Shown piece by piece: positions 49,568-58,769 of a stretch of DNA of 64,000 nucleotides. This DNA is from Alphaproteobacteria bacterium (lineage in GTDB: Bacteria; Pseudomonadota; Alphaproteobacteria; MPNO01). The number at the start of each line of letters is the position of its first letter. The first letter of the stretch is position 1. A program made the translations under genes and the position numbers. Location of the stretch: positions 1,408,001 to 1,472,000 of the forward strand of contig CBDFLJ010000001.1 of the NCBI GenBank assembly GCA_965248835.1, written 5' to 3'. The notes beneath the pieces were generated by a model. The model had not been told where the DNA came from. It searched no databases and saw nothing but the letters and a program-made list of their open reading frames with translations.

Positions 49568-50431
49568 TCAGATTCGGACCAGAGGCTCATAGGTCTCCGG
49601 CCGCCGGTCACGATAGAACTGCCAGAGGTTGCGCACCTCGCGCACGACCTCGAGATCCATCTCGCAGGTGAGGACCTCGTCCCGGTCCTCGCTCGCCTGG
49701 GCGAGGATCCTGCCGCGCGGGTCGGCGAAGTAGCTGGCGCCGTAGAACCGGCCGATCTCCCACGGCGTCTCGGTGCCGATGCGGTTGACCGCGCCGACGA
49801 AATAGCCGTTGGCGACGGCGGCGGCGGGCTGTTCGAGCTCCCATAGATGGCGGCTCAGCCCGGCCACGGTGGCCGATGGGTTGACGACGTACTCCGCGCC
49901 CGCCAGGCCCAGCGCCCGCCAGCCTTCCGGGAAATGCCGGTCGTAGCAGATGTAGACCGCGAGCCGGCAAAAGGCGGTCTCGAACACCGGATAACCCGCG
50001 TTGCCGGGCTTGAAGAAGAATTTTTCGTAAAATCCCGCAACCTGCGGGATGTGGTGCTTGCGGTACTTGCCGAGGTATCGGCCGTCGGCGTCGATCACCG
50101 CGGCGGTGTTGTAATAGACCCCGGTGGTCTCCTCCTCGTAGATCGGCACGACGATGACCATGCCATGCGCCCTGGCCTGTTCCTGCATCAGCCGGACGGT
50201 CGGGCCGTCGGGGACGGGCTCGGCCGCGCCGTACCATCTGGTGTCCTGGCTGGGACAGAAATAGGGCTGGTTGAAGACCTCCTGCAGGCACAGCACCTGG
50301 ACGCCGCGGGCTGCGGCTTCGGCGATCAGCGGCAGGTGCGCCTCGTTCATGATGTCGCGGATCCGCTCCGGCGGCTCCTCGGTGCCGGCCTTGAGAGCCA
50401 TCTGGATCAGCCCGCCCTTGAGCATGCTCAT
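49568..50431 (-). CDS. Nitrilase-superfamily N-carbamoyl hydrolase (beta-ureidopropionase-like)
   Basis: CLQEVF, YYNTAAVIDADG, YRKHHIP, EKFFF.PG, ICYDRHFPEGWR, NPSATV and FYRDRRP. Confidence 0.9.
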   Translation of the reverse strand: MSMLKGGLIQMALKAGTEEPPERIRDIMNEAHLPLIAEAAARGVQVLCLQEVFNQPYFCPSQDTRWYGAAEPVPDGPTVRLMQEQARAHGMVIVVPIYEEETTGVYYNTAAVIDADGRYLGKYRKHHIPQVAGFYEKFFFKPGNAGYPVFETAFCRLAVYICYDRHFPEGWRALGLAGAEYVVNPSATVAGLSRHLWELEQPAAAVANGYFVGAVNRIGTETPWEIGRFYGASYFADPRGRILAQASEDRDEVLTCEMDLEVVREVRNLWQFYRDRRPETYEPLVRI

Positions 50432-50551
50432 GCCCGCCTCCCCCAATGCGCCGGCATCGCCTTGCGAGCGGTGTCATACCATCTGGCGGCGCCCGGCGAC
50501 AGGCGCGCAAGCCGCCCGCGATACCATGTCTCCCGCGTCACGCGATCCTGC

Positions 50552-51625
50552 TCATCCGCCGCGCGGATAGAGCCGGGTGATATGGCCCATCTTGCGGCCC
50601 GGCCGCGCGTCCGCCTTGCCGTAGAGATGCAGCCGCGCGCCGGGGTCGGACAACGGGGCGAGCCAGTCCTCGATCTCCTCGCCCAGGATGTTGGTCATCA
50701 CCGCATCGCTGTGGCGCTCGGTCCCCGACAGCGGCAGGCCGCAGATCGCGCGGACCAGGAGCTCGAACTGGCTGGTCGGGCAGGCATCGATGGTCCAATG
50801 CCCGGAGTTGTGCGGGCGCGGGGCGATTTCGTTGACCAGCAACCGGCCGCCCGCGCAGGCAAACATCTCCACCGCCATCACGCCGACCAGATCGAGCGCC
50901 CCGGCAATCTTCTCGGCGATCGCGCGCGCCTGTCCGGCCATTGCCGGATCGATCCGGGCCGGTGCGCGGGTGGTTCTCAGGATCCCGTTCTCGTGGCGGT
51001 TCTCCACCGCATCGAAGGCGGCGATCACCCCGTCTTCCCCACGGCCCAGCACCACCGAGAGCTCGCAGGTGAAATCCACCCAGGCCTCGAGCACGCCGCG
51101 CGGTGCGGCAAGCGCGGACCACGCCGGACCCGGGTCGGTATCGTCTGCGATCCGGATCTGACCCTTGCCGTCATAGCCGAGCCGGGCGGTCTTGAGGATG
51201 CCGGGCCTGCCGAGGGCGGCGCGCGCATCGGCCAGCGCTTCGGCCGAGGCGACAGCCCGGTAGGCGGTGGTCGCAACGCCGATCCGGTTGAGGAAATCCT
51301 TCTCCTCGAGGCGGTCCTGAGCGATCTCCAGGGCCTGTTTTCCGGGGCGCACCGGGATCCGTGCGGCCAGATGCGCGACCGCGCTTATCGGGATGTTCTC
51401 GAACTCGTAGGTGACAACATCGACCGCTGCGGCGAACCCATCGAGCGCGGCGCAATCGTCATAATCCGCCACCGTCGCCGCGCAGGCCACCTCGGCCGCC
51501 GGAGAGTCCGCGTCGGGGCACAGGACATGGCACCGATAGCCCATCGCCGCCGCGGCAAGCGCGGTCATCCGGCCGAGCTGCCCGCCGCCCAGGATGCCGA
51601 TCGTCGAGCCGGGCGGCAGCCTCAT
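50552..51625 (-). CDS. purK: N5-carboxyaminoimidazole ribonucleotide synthase
   Basis: GILGGGQLGRM, TYEFEN, GYDGKGQ, NEIAPRPHNSGH and YGK..RPGRKMGH. Confidence 0.97.
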   Translation of the reverse strand: MRLPPGSTIGILGGGQLGRMTALAAAAMGYRCHVLCPDADSPAAEVACAATVADYDDCAALDGFAAAVDVVTYEFENIPISAVAHLAARIPVRPGKQALEIAQDRLEEKDFLNRIGVATTAYRAVASAEALADARAALGRPGILKTARLGYDGKGQIRIADDTDPGPAWSALAAPRGVLEAWVDFTCELSVVLGRGEDGVIAAFDAVENRHENGILRTTRAPARIDPAMAGQARAIAEKIAGALDLVGVMAVEMFACAGGRLLVNEIAPRPHNSGHWTIDACPTSQFELLVRAICGLPLSGTERHSDAVMTNILGEEIEDWLAPLSDPGARLHLYGKADARPGRKMGHITRLYPRGG

Positions 51626-51631
51626 CGATGG

Positions 51632-52129
51632 TCAATCGGCCGGCGTATCGGGCACCTCGGCCGTCTGGCGCGCACGCCAGGCGTCCAGCGCCCGGGCCAC
51701 GGCCGGATCGCCGAGCGCGAGCACCGCGGCGGCAAGCAGCGCGGCATTGATCGCGCCGGGTCTGCCGACCGCCGTCGTTCCCACCGGCACGCCGCCCGGC
51801 ATCTGGACGATCGACAGCAGGCTGTCCAGGCCCGACAGCCCGGTCGAGCCGACCGGCACGCCGAAGACGGGCAATGGGGTCATCGCGGCCGTCATGCCCG
51901 GCAGGTGGGCGGCCCCGCCGGCACCGGCGATGATCACCTTGAGCCCGCGCTCGCGCGCGCCGGCGGCATAGGCGTACAGCCTGTCGGGTGTGCGGTGGGC
52001 CGAGACCACCCGGGTCTCGAAGGGAATATCGAGCGCATCGAGCGTATCGGCGGCATGGCTCATCGTCGCCCAGTCCGACCGGCTGCCCATGATGATGCCG
52101 ACGAGCGGCGCTGCGGCATCGGGCGGCAT
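51632..52129 (-). CDS. purE: N5-CAIR mutase
   Basis: [26 protein letters not shown] and SIVQMP.G.PV. Confidence 0.97.
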   Translation of the reverse strand: MPPDAAAPLVGIIMGSRSDWATMSHAADTLDALDIPFETRVVSAHRTPDRLYAYAAGARERGLKVIIAGAGGAAHLPGMTAAMTPLPVFGVPVGSTGLSGLDSLLSIVQMPGGVPVGTTAVGRPGAINAALLAAAVLALGDPAVARALDAWRARQTAEVPDTPAD

Positions 52130-52270
52130 GGGCGGGCGTCTCCGTCTCCCTCGGGCGCCGCATTATAGGATCGCCGACCCCTGCCGGGCCAGCCGGTGCG
52201 AGACGTCGTCAACCGCTCCGATGCCGGAGCCTGTCCCGACAAGTCGGATCGGCCGACGGTTGCGCCGGCC

Positions 52271-52474
52271 TCAGGCGATGATGTCGGGCAGCAGAATGGC
52301 CCGGAGCCGGGTGATTGCGTCCTTGAGCATCAGCTTGCGCTTCTTCAGGCGCTGGACCTGAAGCTGGTCGAACGGCGCGTTGTCGGAAATTCGCGCAATC
52401 ACGTCGTCCAGATCGCGATGCTGGGTCTCCAAATCCGCAAGCTGCCGGCGCAGAACGTCGTACTCTTCCATCAC
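52271..52474 (-). CDS. DUF465 (YdcH) family protein
   Basis: HRDLD..I...DQL..QRLKKRKL.LKD.I...LLPDIIA, upstream of purE. Confidence 0.9.
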   Translation of the reverse strand: MMEEYDVLRRQLADLETQHRDLDDVIARISDNAPFDQLQVQRLKKRKLMLKDAITRLRAILLPDIIA

Positions 52475-52602
52475 CTCAATTGGCCGGTGGGAGTGGTCGG
52501 CGCAGTATAGCAGCGTCTGGACGAAACCGTTATCACTGGATTGGTTCCGTGCGGTGCCTAGTCCACCGCGGCGAATGGGGGCGGCCGGAATTGAGCGGGC
52601 AA

Positions 52603-53697
52603 ATGCGGATCGGCATCTTGACCAGCGGCGGCGACTGCGCGGGGCTCAACGCCGCGATCAGGGCCGTCGCCTATCGGGCGATCGGCGGCCACGGCTGGAA
52701 GGTCTTCGGCATCCACCAAGGGACCGTGGGCCTGATGCGCCGGCCGGTCGATCACCGCGAGCTCACCCTGGACATGTTCGACGGCAACCTGTTGCGTCAG
52801 GGCGGCACGATCCTCGGGACGACGAACCGCGGCGATCCGTTCGCCTGGCCGATGCCCGACGGGACACTCAAGGACCGCTCGGAAGAGATCATCGAAGGCT
52901 ACCGGCTGCTCGGGCTGGAGGCGCTGATCGTGATCGGCGGCGACGGCAGCCTTGGGATCGCGCGCCGGATCGCCCAGCAGGGCGGCCTCAACCTGATCGG
53001 CATCCCCAAGACCATCGACAACGATGTCGGCGCCACCGAGAACGCGATCGGCTTCGGCACCGCGGTCGATGTCGCGACCGAGGCGCTGGACAGGCTCCAG
53101 CCGACCGCGGCGAGCCACAGCCGGGTGCTGGTGCTCGAGGTTATGGGCCGCGATGCCGGGCACATTGCTCTGAACGCGGGGATTGCCGGCGGGGCGGACG
53201 TGATCCTGATCCCCGAGATCCCCTATACGCTGAACGGCATCGCCGGAAAGATCGAACGGGTCAGGAGGCAGGGCCGCAACTTCGCCCTGGTCGTGGTCGC
53301 CGAAGCGGTCAAGACCGAGGACGGCACGCGGGTGATGGTCACCGATTCGACCGGCAAAAAGCGCCTGGGCGGTATCGGTTATCACCTGGGCTCACGCATC
53401 GCCGACACGACCGCAGCGGAGACCCGGGTGACCGTGCTCGGCCATGTCCAGCGCGGCGGCACGCCGTCGCCGCGTGACCGGCTGTTCGCGGCCTCGTTCG
53501 GCGTCCACGCGGTCGAGCTGATCGCCCAGCGCCGGTTCGACCGCATGGTCGGCTGGTCCAACCGGCAATGCATCGATGTGCCGCTTGCCGATGCGATCGC
53601 CCACTACCAGGCCGTCGAACCCGGCGGAGCGCTGGTGCGCACCGCGCGCGGGCTCGGGATCTATATCGGCAGCGAGGCAGAGGCCAATGACCATTGA
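52603..53697 (+). CDS. pfkA: 6-phosphofructokinase (group III type, probably ATP-dependent)
   Basis: GILTSGGDCAGLN, GGTILGT, IGGDGS, PKTIDND, EVMGR and LGHVQRGG. Confidence 0.93.
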   Translation: MRIGILTSGGDCAGLNAAIRAVAYRAIGGHGWKVFGIHQGTVGLMRRPVDHRELTLDMFDGNLLRQGGTILGTTNRGDPFAWPMPDGTLKDRSEEIIEGYRLLGLEALIVIGGDGSLGIARRIAQQGGLNLIGIPKTIDNDVGATENAIGFGTAVDVATEALDRLQPTAASHSRVLVLEVMGRDAGHIALNAGIAGGADVILIPEIPYTLNGIAGKIERVRRQGRNFALVVVAEAVKTEDGTRVMVTDSTGKKRLGGIGYHLGSRIADTTAAETRVTVLGHVQRGGTPSPRDRLFAASFGVHAVELIAQRRFDRMVGWSNRQCIDVPLADAIAHYQAVEPGGALVRTARGLGIYIGSEAEANDH

Positions 53698-54256
53698 TTT
53701 CCCCGCACACCCGTTCTGGGACTTCTCGCTGGAAGTCTATGGCAGCACGGGCATCCCGGAGGCCTGCCTGGAGCTTCAGGAGGCCCACGGCGTCGATGTC
53801 AACGTGATCCTGTTCTGCTGCTGGCTGGGCCGCACCGGCCGCGGCCGGCTGGAGCGGGCCGAGACCGAGGCGATGTGCGGCGCGGTCGCGCAGTGGCACG
53901 AGGTCGCGGTGTGCGGCGTGCGTGCCGTCCGCCAGCGGTTGAAGGGCGGCATGCCGCCGGCCCCGATCGCGCTTTCCGAGCCGTTGCGTCGCCGCCTGGC
54001 CGCGATCGAAGTCCAGCTTGAGCATATCGAGCAGCTCATGTTGACGGAATCGGTCGATCGGGACGCCGACGCGGCCCGCACCGAAGCCGACCGTTTGGCC
54101 GATGCGGTTGCCAACACGCGGGACTATTTCGATGCGTTCGGCGCCGCGGCGACACCGGCCGATGCCGAAAGCTTCGCGGTCATCCTGGGTTCGGTCTTCC
54201 CCGAGGCGCCGGCCGCGCGGGTCCGCAGGGCCGCAGCACGGCTCGCCTCGGGCTGA
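53687..54256 (+). CDS. TIGR02444 family protein
   Basis: FWDFSL.VY....ACL.LQ...G.DVN..LFCCW. Confidence 0.85.
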   Translation: MTIDFPAHPFWDFSLEVYGSTGIPEACLELQEAHGVDVNVILFCCWLGRTGRGRLERAETEAMCGAVAQWHEVAVCGVRAVRQRLKGGMPPAPIALSEPLRRRLAAIEVQLEHIEQLMLTESVDRDADAARTEADRLADAVANTRDYFDAFGAAATPADAESFAVILGSVFPEAPAARVRRAAARLASG

Positions 54257-54343
54257 TTTCCCTCATGGATGATTTGCAACATCGCCGCGTCGGGTTATCC
54301 TTGGGCGGTTGCGAAGCGAACCCGGAATAGGGAGGACGGATAC

Positions 54344-54517
54344 ATGGGCGTCGGTGATCAGGTCGAATCCCTCAAGGCACGCCATGCCGAGCTCGACATG
54401 GCGCTTTCCAAGGAGAATTCCAGACCGATGCCCGATCCGGTGATCATCGCCGACCTCAAGAAAAGAAAGCTTCGCATAAAGGACGAGCTGGCCAGGCTCC
54501 AGGACGCTTCCGTCTGA
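54344..54517 (+). CDS. DUF465 family small protein
   Basis: GGAGG RBS and L..RHA.LD...E..RP.PD...I..LKKRKL.IKDEL. Confidence 0.88.
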   Translation: MGVGDQVESLKARHAELDMALSKENSRPMPDPVIIADLKKRKLRIKDELARLQDASV

Positions 54518-54561
54518 CGGTCACACGACATGCCGCACCCGCCGGGCGCGAGGGAGGCACC

Positions 54562-56466
54562 GTGAGCGAGCTGCTGATCGACCGACTCTGCCGCCAGGCC
54601 ATCGACGATCCCGAGACGTTCTGGGCAGACGCTGCCGAGGACATCTCCTGGGACCGCCGCTGGGACAAGGTGCTCGATGACGGCGCCGCGCCGCACCACC
54701 GGTGGTTCACCGGTGCGCGGCTGAATAGCTGCTACAACGCGCTCGACCGCCATATCGAGGCCGGCAACGGCCAGCGTCCGGCGCTGATCTACGACAGCCC
54801 GATCACCGGCGCCAAGGAGACCTTCAGCTATCGCGGCCTGCGAGACCGCGTCGCGCGCCTGGCCGGCGCCCTGGCTGCGCGCGGGGTGGTGCGCGGCGAC
54901 CGGGTGGTGATCTATATGCCGATGGTGCCCGAGGCCGCGATCGCGATGCTCGCCTGCGCCAGGATCGGGGCAATCCATTCGGTCGTGTTCGGCGGGTTCG
55001 CGGCCAACGAGCTGGCCATGCGGATCGACGATTCGACGCCCAAGGCGATCATCGCCGGCTCGTGCGGGATCGAGCCCGGACGGATCCTCGCCTACAAGCC
55101 GCTGCTCGATGCCGCGATCGAGACGGCGCGCCATAAGCCGGATTTCTGCATCATCCTCCAGCGTGAGGCGCTGCGGGCCGACATGGTGCCGGGCCGCGAT
55201 GTCGACTGGCACGAGGCCGAGGACGCAGCCAGCCCCCACGAATGCGTGTCGGTCGCAGCCACCGATCCGCTCTACATCCTCTACACCTCCGGCACCACCG
55301 GGCAGCCCAAGGGCATCGTCCGCGACAATGGCGGCCACGCGGTCGCGCTGCGCTGGTCGATGCCCAACATTTACGGTATTGCCGAGGACGAGGTGTTCTG
55401 GGCCGCCTCCGATGTCGGCTGGGTGGTCGGCCATTCCTATATCGTCTACGCGCCGCTGTTCAACGGCTCGACCAGCCTCCTTTTCGAGGGCAAGCCCGTC
55501 GGCACGCCCGACGCCGGCGTCTACTGGCGCATCATCGCCGAGCACGGCGTCAAGGCGCTGTTCACCGCACCGACCGCGTTCCGGGCGATCAAGAAGGAGG
55601 ATCCTGACTGCCGGTTGCTCGCGGCCCACGACCTCGGCCGGTTCGAGACTCTGTTCCTGGCCGGCGAACGGGCCGATCCGGACACCGTCCGCTGGGCGGA
55701 GGCCAAGCTCGGCGTGCCGGTTGTCGATCACTGGTGGCAGACCGAGACCGGCTGGCCGATGGCCGCCAATTGCGTCGGGCTGGGCCGGCTTCCGGTCAAG
55801 TACGGCTCGCCGACCCGTCCGGTGCCGGGCTGGGATCTCAAGGTGCTGGACGAGACCGGAACCGAGCGGCGGCCGGGCGAGATCGGCGCGCTGGTCGCGC
55901 GCCTGCCGATGCCGCCCGGCTGCGCGCCGACCCTATGGAATGCCGAGGATCGGTTCCGGCAGGCCTATCTGGCCGAGTTTCCCGGCTATTACGCCACCGC
56001 CGACGCCGGTTATATCGACGAGGACGGCTATATATTCGTGATGGCGCGGACCGACGACATCATCAACGTCGCCGGTCATCGACTGTCGACGGGCGCGATG
56101 GAGGAGGTCCTGGCGGAGCATCCCGACGTTGCCGAATGCGCGGTCATCGGCGTCGGCGATGCGATCAAGGGCCAGGTGCCGTTCGGCTTGCTGGTGCTCA
56201 AGGACGGCGTCGCCCGCCCGCCCGAATCGATCATCGGCGAGGTCGTCGACATGGTGCGCAGCCGCATCGGCCCGGTCGCCGCGTTCAAGACGGCCACCGT
56301 GGTCGCCCGGCTGCCCAAGACCCGGTCGGGCAAGATCCTGCGCGGCACTATGCGCAGCATCGCCGATGGCGAGGAATGGCGCATGCCGGCGACCATCGAC
56401 GACCCGGTGATCCTTGAGGAGATCACCGAATCGCTGAAATCGGCAGGCTACGCCGGCAACCGCTGA
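54562..56466 (+). CDS. prpE: Propionyl-CoA synthetase
   Basis: HSVVFGGF, YTSGTTG.PKG..RDNGGH, AASDVGWVVGHSY, DHWWQTETG and PKTRSGKILR. Confidence 0.9.
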   Translation: MSELLIDRLCRQAIDDPETFWADAAEDISWDRRWDKVLDDGAAPHHRWFTGARLNSCYNALDRHIEAGNGQRPALIYDSPITGAKETFSYRGLRDRVARLAGALAARGVVRGDRVVIYMPMVPEAAIAMLACARIGAIHSVVFGGFAANELAMRIDDSTPKAIIAGSCGIEPGRILAYKPLLDAAIETARHKPDFCIILQREALRADMVPGRDVDWHEAEDAASPHECVSVAATDPLYILYTSGTTGQPKGIVRDNGGHAVALRWSMPNIYGIAEDEVFWAASDVGWVVGHSYIVYAPLFNGSTSLLFEGKPVGTPDAGVYWRIIAEHGVKALFTAPTAFRAIKKEDPDCRLLAAHDLGRFETLFLAGERADPDTVRWAEAKLGVPVVDHWWQTETGWPMAANCVGLGRLPVKYGSPTRPVPGWDLKVLDETGTERRPGEIGALVARLPMPPGCAPTLWNAEDRFRQAYLAEFPGYYATADAGYIDEDGYIFVMARTDDIINVAGHRLSTGAMEEVLAEHPDVAECAVIGVGDAIKGQVPFGLLVLKDGVARPPESIIGEVVDMVRSRIGPVAAFKTATVVARLPKTRSGKILRGTMRSIADGEEWRMPATIDDPVILEEITESLKSAGYAGNR

Positions 56467-56472
56467 CCGGCT

Positions 56473-57039
56473 CTACAGCTCCGGCGAAGCGGTCCGGTCT
56501 TCGTCCGGCACGGGCGCCTCGATGTAGCCCGCCTTGTCGAGCGCATTCTGCAGGTCGTGGCGGGTGCACAGGCCAAGCGTGACCGGCTCGCGAGGCTTGA
56601 TGTTGGCCATGTTCCAATGGGTGCGGTCGCGGATCGCCAGAATGGTCGGCTTGGTCGTGCCGATCAGCCGTGAGATCTGTCCGTCGCTCAGCCGCGGATA
56701 GTTGCGCACCAGCCAGGCGATCGCGTCCGGCTTGTCCTGGCGCCGGGCGACCGGCGTGTAGCGCGGCCCCTTGGTGCGCGGCGCGGGCGGCGGGATGTTC
56801 TGCACCGCCATGTTCAGCCGCCCCGCTGGGTCGGCCGCACACCGGTCGATCTCCTCGCGGGTAAGCTGGCCGTTGGCGATCGGGTCGAACCCGACGATCC
56901 CGATCGCGACCTCCTCATCGGCGATGCTCTGGACCTCGAGCTCGTGGAGGTCGCAGAAGTCCGCGATCTGCTCGAAGGTCAAGACGGTATTTTCGATCAG
57001 CCACACCGCGGTGGCTTTGGGCATCAGTGGTCTGGCCAT
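56473..57039 (-). CDS. DUF1013 family protein (TrcR-like)
   Basis: PLMPKATAVWL..NT.LTF.QIA.FC, GPRYTP..RRQDKPDAI.W and IR.RTHWN. Confidence 0.9.
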   Translation of the reverse strand: MARPLMPKATAVWLIENTVLTFEQIADFCDLHELEVQSIADEEVAIGIVGFDPIANGQLTREEIDRCAADPAGRLNMAVQNIPPPAPRTKGPRYTPVARRQDKPDAIAWLVRNYPRLSDGQISRLIGTTKPTILAIRDRTHWNMANIKPREPVTLGLCTRHDLQNALDKAGYIEAPVPDEDRTASPEL

Positions 57040-57070
57040 CAACTCTCCCCCAACCACGCCAGGCCGGCGT

Positions 57071-58072
57071 TCAGTTGGTCAATACGATTTTACCGATATG
57101 CTCGCTCGATTCCATCAACGTGTGCGCCGATGCGGCCGCGTCAAGGGCGAAAGTCGTATGGATCAGCGGGCCGATCCGGCCCGATTCGATCACGGGCCAA
57201 ACATGCTCGCGCACCGCATCGGCAATGGCGCCCTTTTGCGCGACGGTCCGCGGCCGCAGCGTCGATCCGGTCACGATCAGGCGCTTGCGCATGACGGTGT
57301 CCAGCCGCAGCACCGCCTCCGCGCCCTGCATGACCGCAATCTGGACCAGGCGTCCTTCGGGCCTGAGCGCGGCGATGTTCCGGGCCAGGTAATCGCCGCC
57401 CACGATGTCGAGAATCACATCGGCACCCGCGCCACCGGTCATCTCCTTGACCACTGCGACGAAGTCCTCGTCGCGGTAGTTGATCGCCCGCACCGCGCCC
57501 AAGGTCTCGCAAAGGCGGCACTTCTCGGCGGTACGCGCGGTCGTCAGCACCCGGCCGCCGAACGCGGTGGCGAGCTGGATGCCCGCCGTGCCGATGCCGC
57601 CCGACCCGCCATGGATCAGGACCCACTCGCCGGCTTTCATCGCCCCGCCGTCGAACAGGTTGGTCCACATTGTGAAGAAGGTCTCGGGGATCGCCGCGGC
57701 CTCGACCATGGAGCGGCCGGCCGGCAGCGGCAGGCATTGCTGCTGCGGTGCCACGCAGAATTCGGCGTAGCCGCCGCCGGACACCAGGGCGCAGACCTCA
57801 TCGCCCTGGGCAAGACCGTTCACGCCCGGACCCAGCCCCACGACGGTGCCGGCGATCTCGAGCCCGGGAATGTCGCTGGCGCCGGGCGGTGGTGGATAGA
57901 GGCCGTGCCGCTGCACGACATCGGGGTAGTTGACGCCGGCGGCAGCGACCCTGATCAGCACCTCGCCGTCTTCGGGCGCGGGCACGGCGCGCGCAGCAGG
58001 GCGCAGCACTTCCGGGCCACCGAATTCGGTGATTTCGATCGCCGTCATCGACGCGGGAACGGTTTCGCCCAT
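57071..58072 (-). CDS. NAD(P)H-quinone oxidoreductase (PIG3 family)
   Basis: AAGVN.PD..QR.G.YPPP.GAS.IPGLE, HGGSGGIG, GSTLRPR and HIGKIVL. Confidence 0.93.
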   Translation of the reverse strand: MGETVPASMTAIEITEFGGPEVLRPAARAVPAPEDGEVLIRVAAAGVNYPDVVQRHGLYPPPPGASDIPGLEIAGTVVGLGPGVNGLAQGDEVCALVSGGGYAEFCVAPQQQCLPLPAGRSMVEAAAIPETFFTMWTNLFDGGAMKAGEWVLIHGGSGGIGTAGIQLATAFGGRVLTTARTAEKCRLCETLGAVRAINYRDEDFVAVVKEMTGGAGADVILDIVGGDYLARNIAALRPEGRLVQIAVMQGAEAVLRLDTVMRKRLIVTGSTLRPRTVAQKGAIADAVREHVWPVIESGRIGPLIHTTFALDAAASAHTLMESSEHIGKIVLTN

Positions 58073-58173
58073 CGCCTTCGGTGTTCGCCAATGGTTGGAG
58101 CAGGTTGCCTGTCTAAAGGCTGAGCGTCAGACTGGCAAGGTGGAATTCGGCCGACGAGCGGGAGATCCCGGCC

Positions 58174-58362
58174 ATGGAGGAAGATGATCTGCGGCCCCAG
58201 AAGGCCCCCGCCAAGCTGCGCAATCTCGACGATCTGTCGATCGAGGACCTCGAGGAATACATCGCCGAACTCGAAGCGGAGATTTCACGCGTCAGGCAGG
58301 ACATCGCCAAGAAGAATCGGCACCGCGAAGGCGTCGAGGGGCTGTTCAAAGGCGATCGATGA
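58174..58362 (+). CDS. DUF1192 family protein
   Basis: LDDLSIEDL..YIA.LEAEI.R......K...R...E.LFK. Confidence 0.88.
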   Translation: MEEDDLRPQKAPAKLRNLDDLSIEDLEEYIAELEAEISRVRQDIAKKNRHREGVEGLFKGDR

Positions 58363-58428
58363 ACCGGCTTCGCCCTCGGCGCATGTTCCAATCGGATCGA
58401 GTCGGTGCGGTTTGCACCCCTACCCGGC

Positions 58429-58653
58429 TCAGCCGATGCCGAGATTCTTGAAGCGCTTGTTGAACTTCGCGACCTGTCCGGCGCTGTCGACCAGACGCTG
58501 ATGGCCCCCGGTCCAGGCCGGATGGGTCCGCGGGTCGATGTCGAGCTTCAGCGTGTCGCCGGGCTGTCCCCAGGTCGATCGGGTCGTATAGGTCGTCCCG
58601 TCCGTCATGACCACGGTGATCTCGTGGTAGTCGGGGTGAGTGTCCTTTTTCAT
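58429..58653 (-). CDS. rpmE: 50S ribosomal protein L31 (Cys-less alphaproteobacterial type)
   Basis: [10 protein letters not shown]...TRST...[13 protein letters not shown]...[10 protein letters not shown]. Confidence 0.96.
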   Translation of the reverse strand: MKKDTHPDYHEITVVMTDGTTYTTRSTWGQPGDTLKLDIDPRTHPAWTGGHQRLVDSAGQVAKFNKRFKNLGIG

Positions 58654-58769
58654 CGACCCGTCTCCGCTGCGGCCGGGCGTATATAGGCGACCGGCACGGC
58701 GCTGGCAAGCCTGGGCGATACACCTCGCGCGCCCGATGCTGTATGGATTGCACCGATCTGGGAGGTGCG

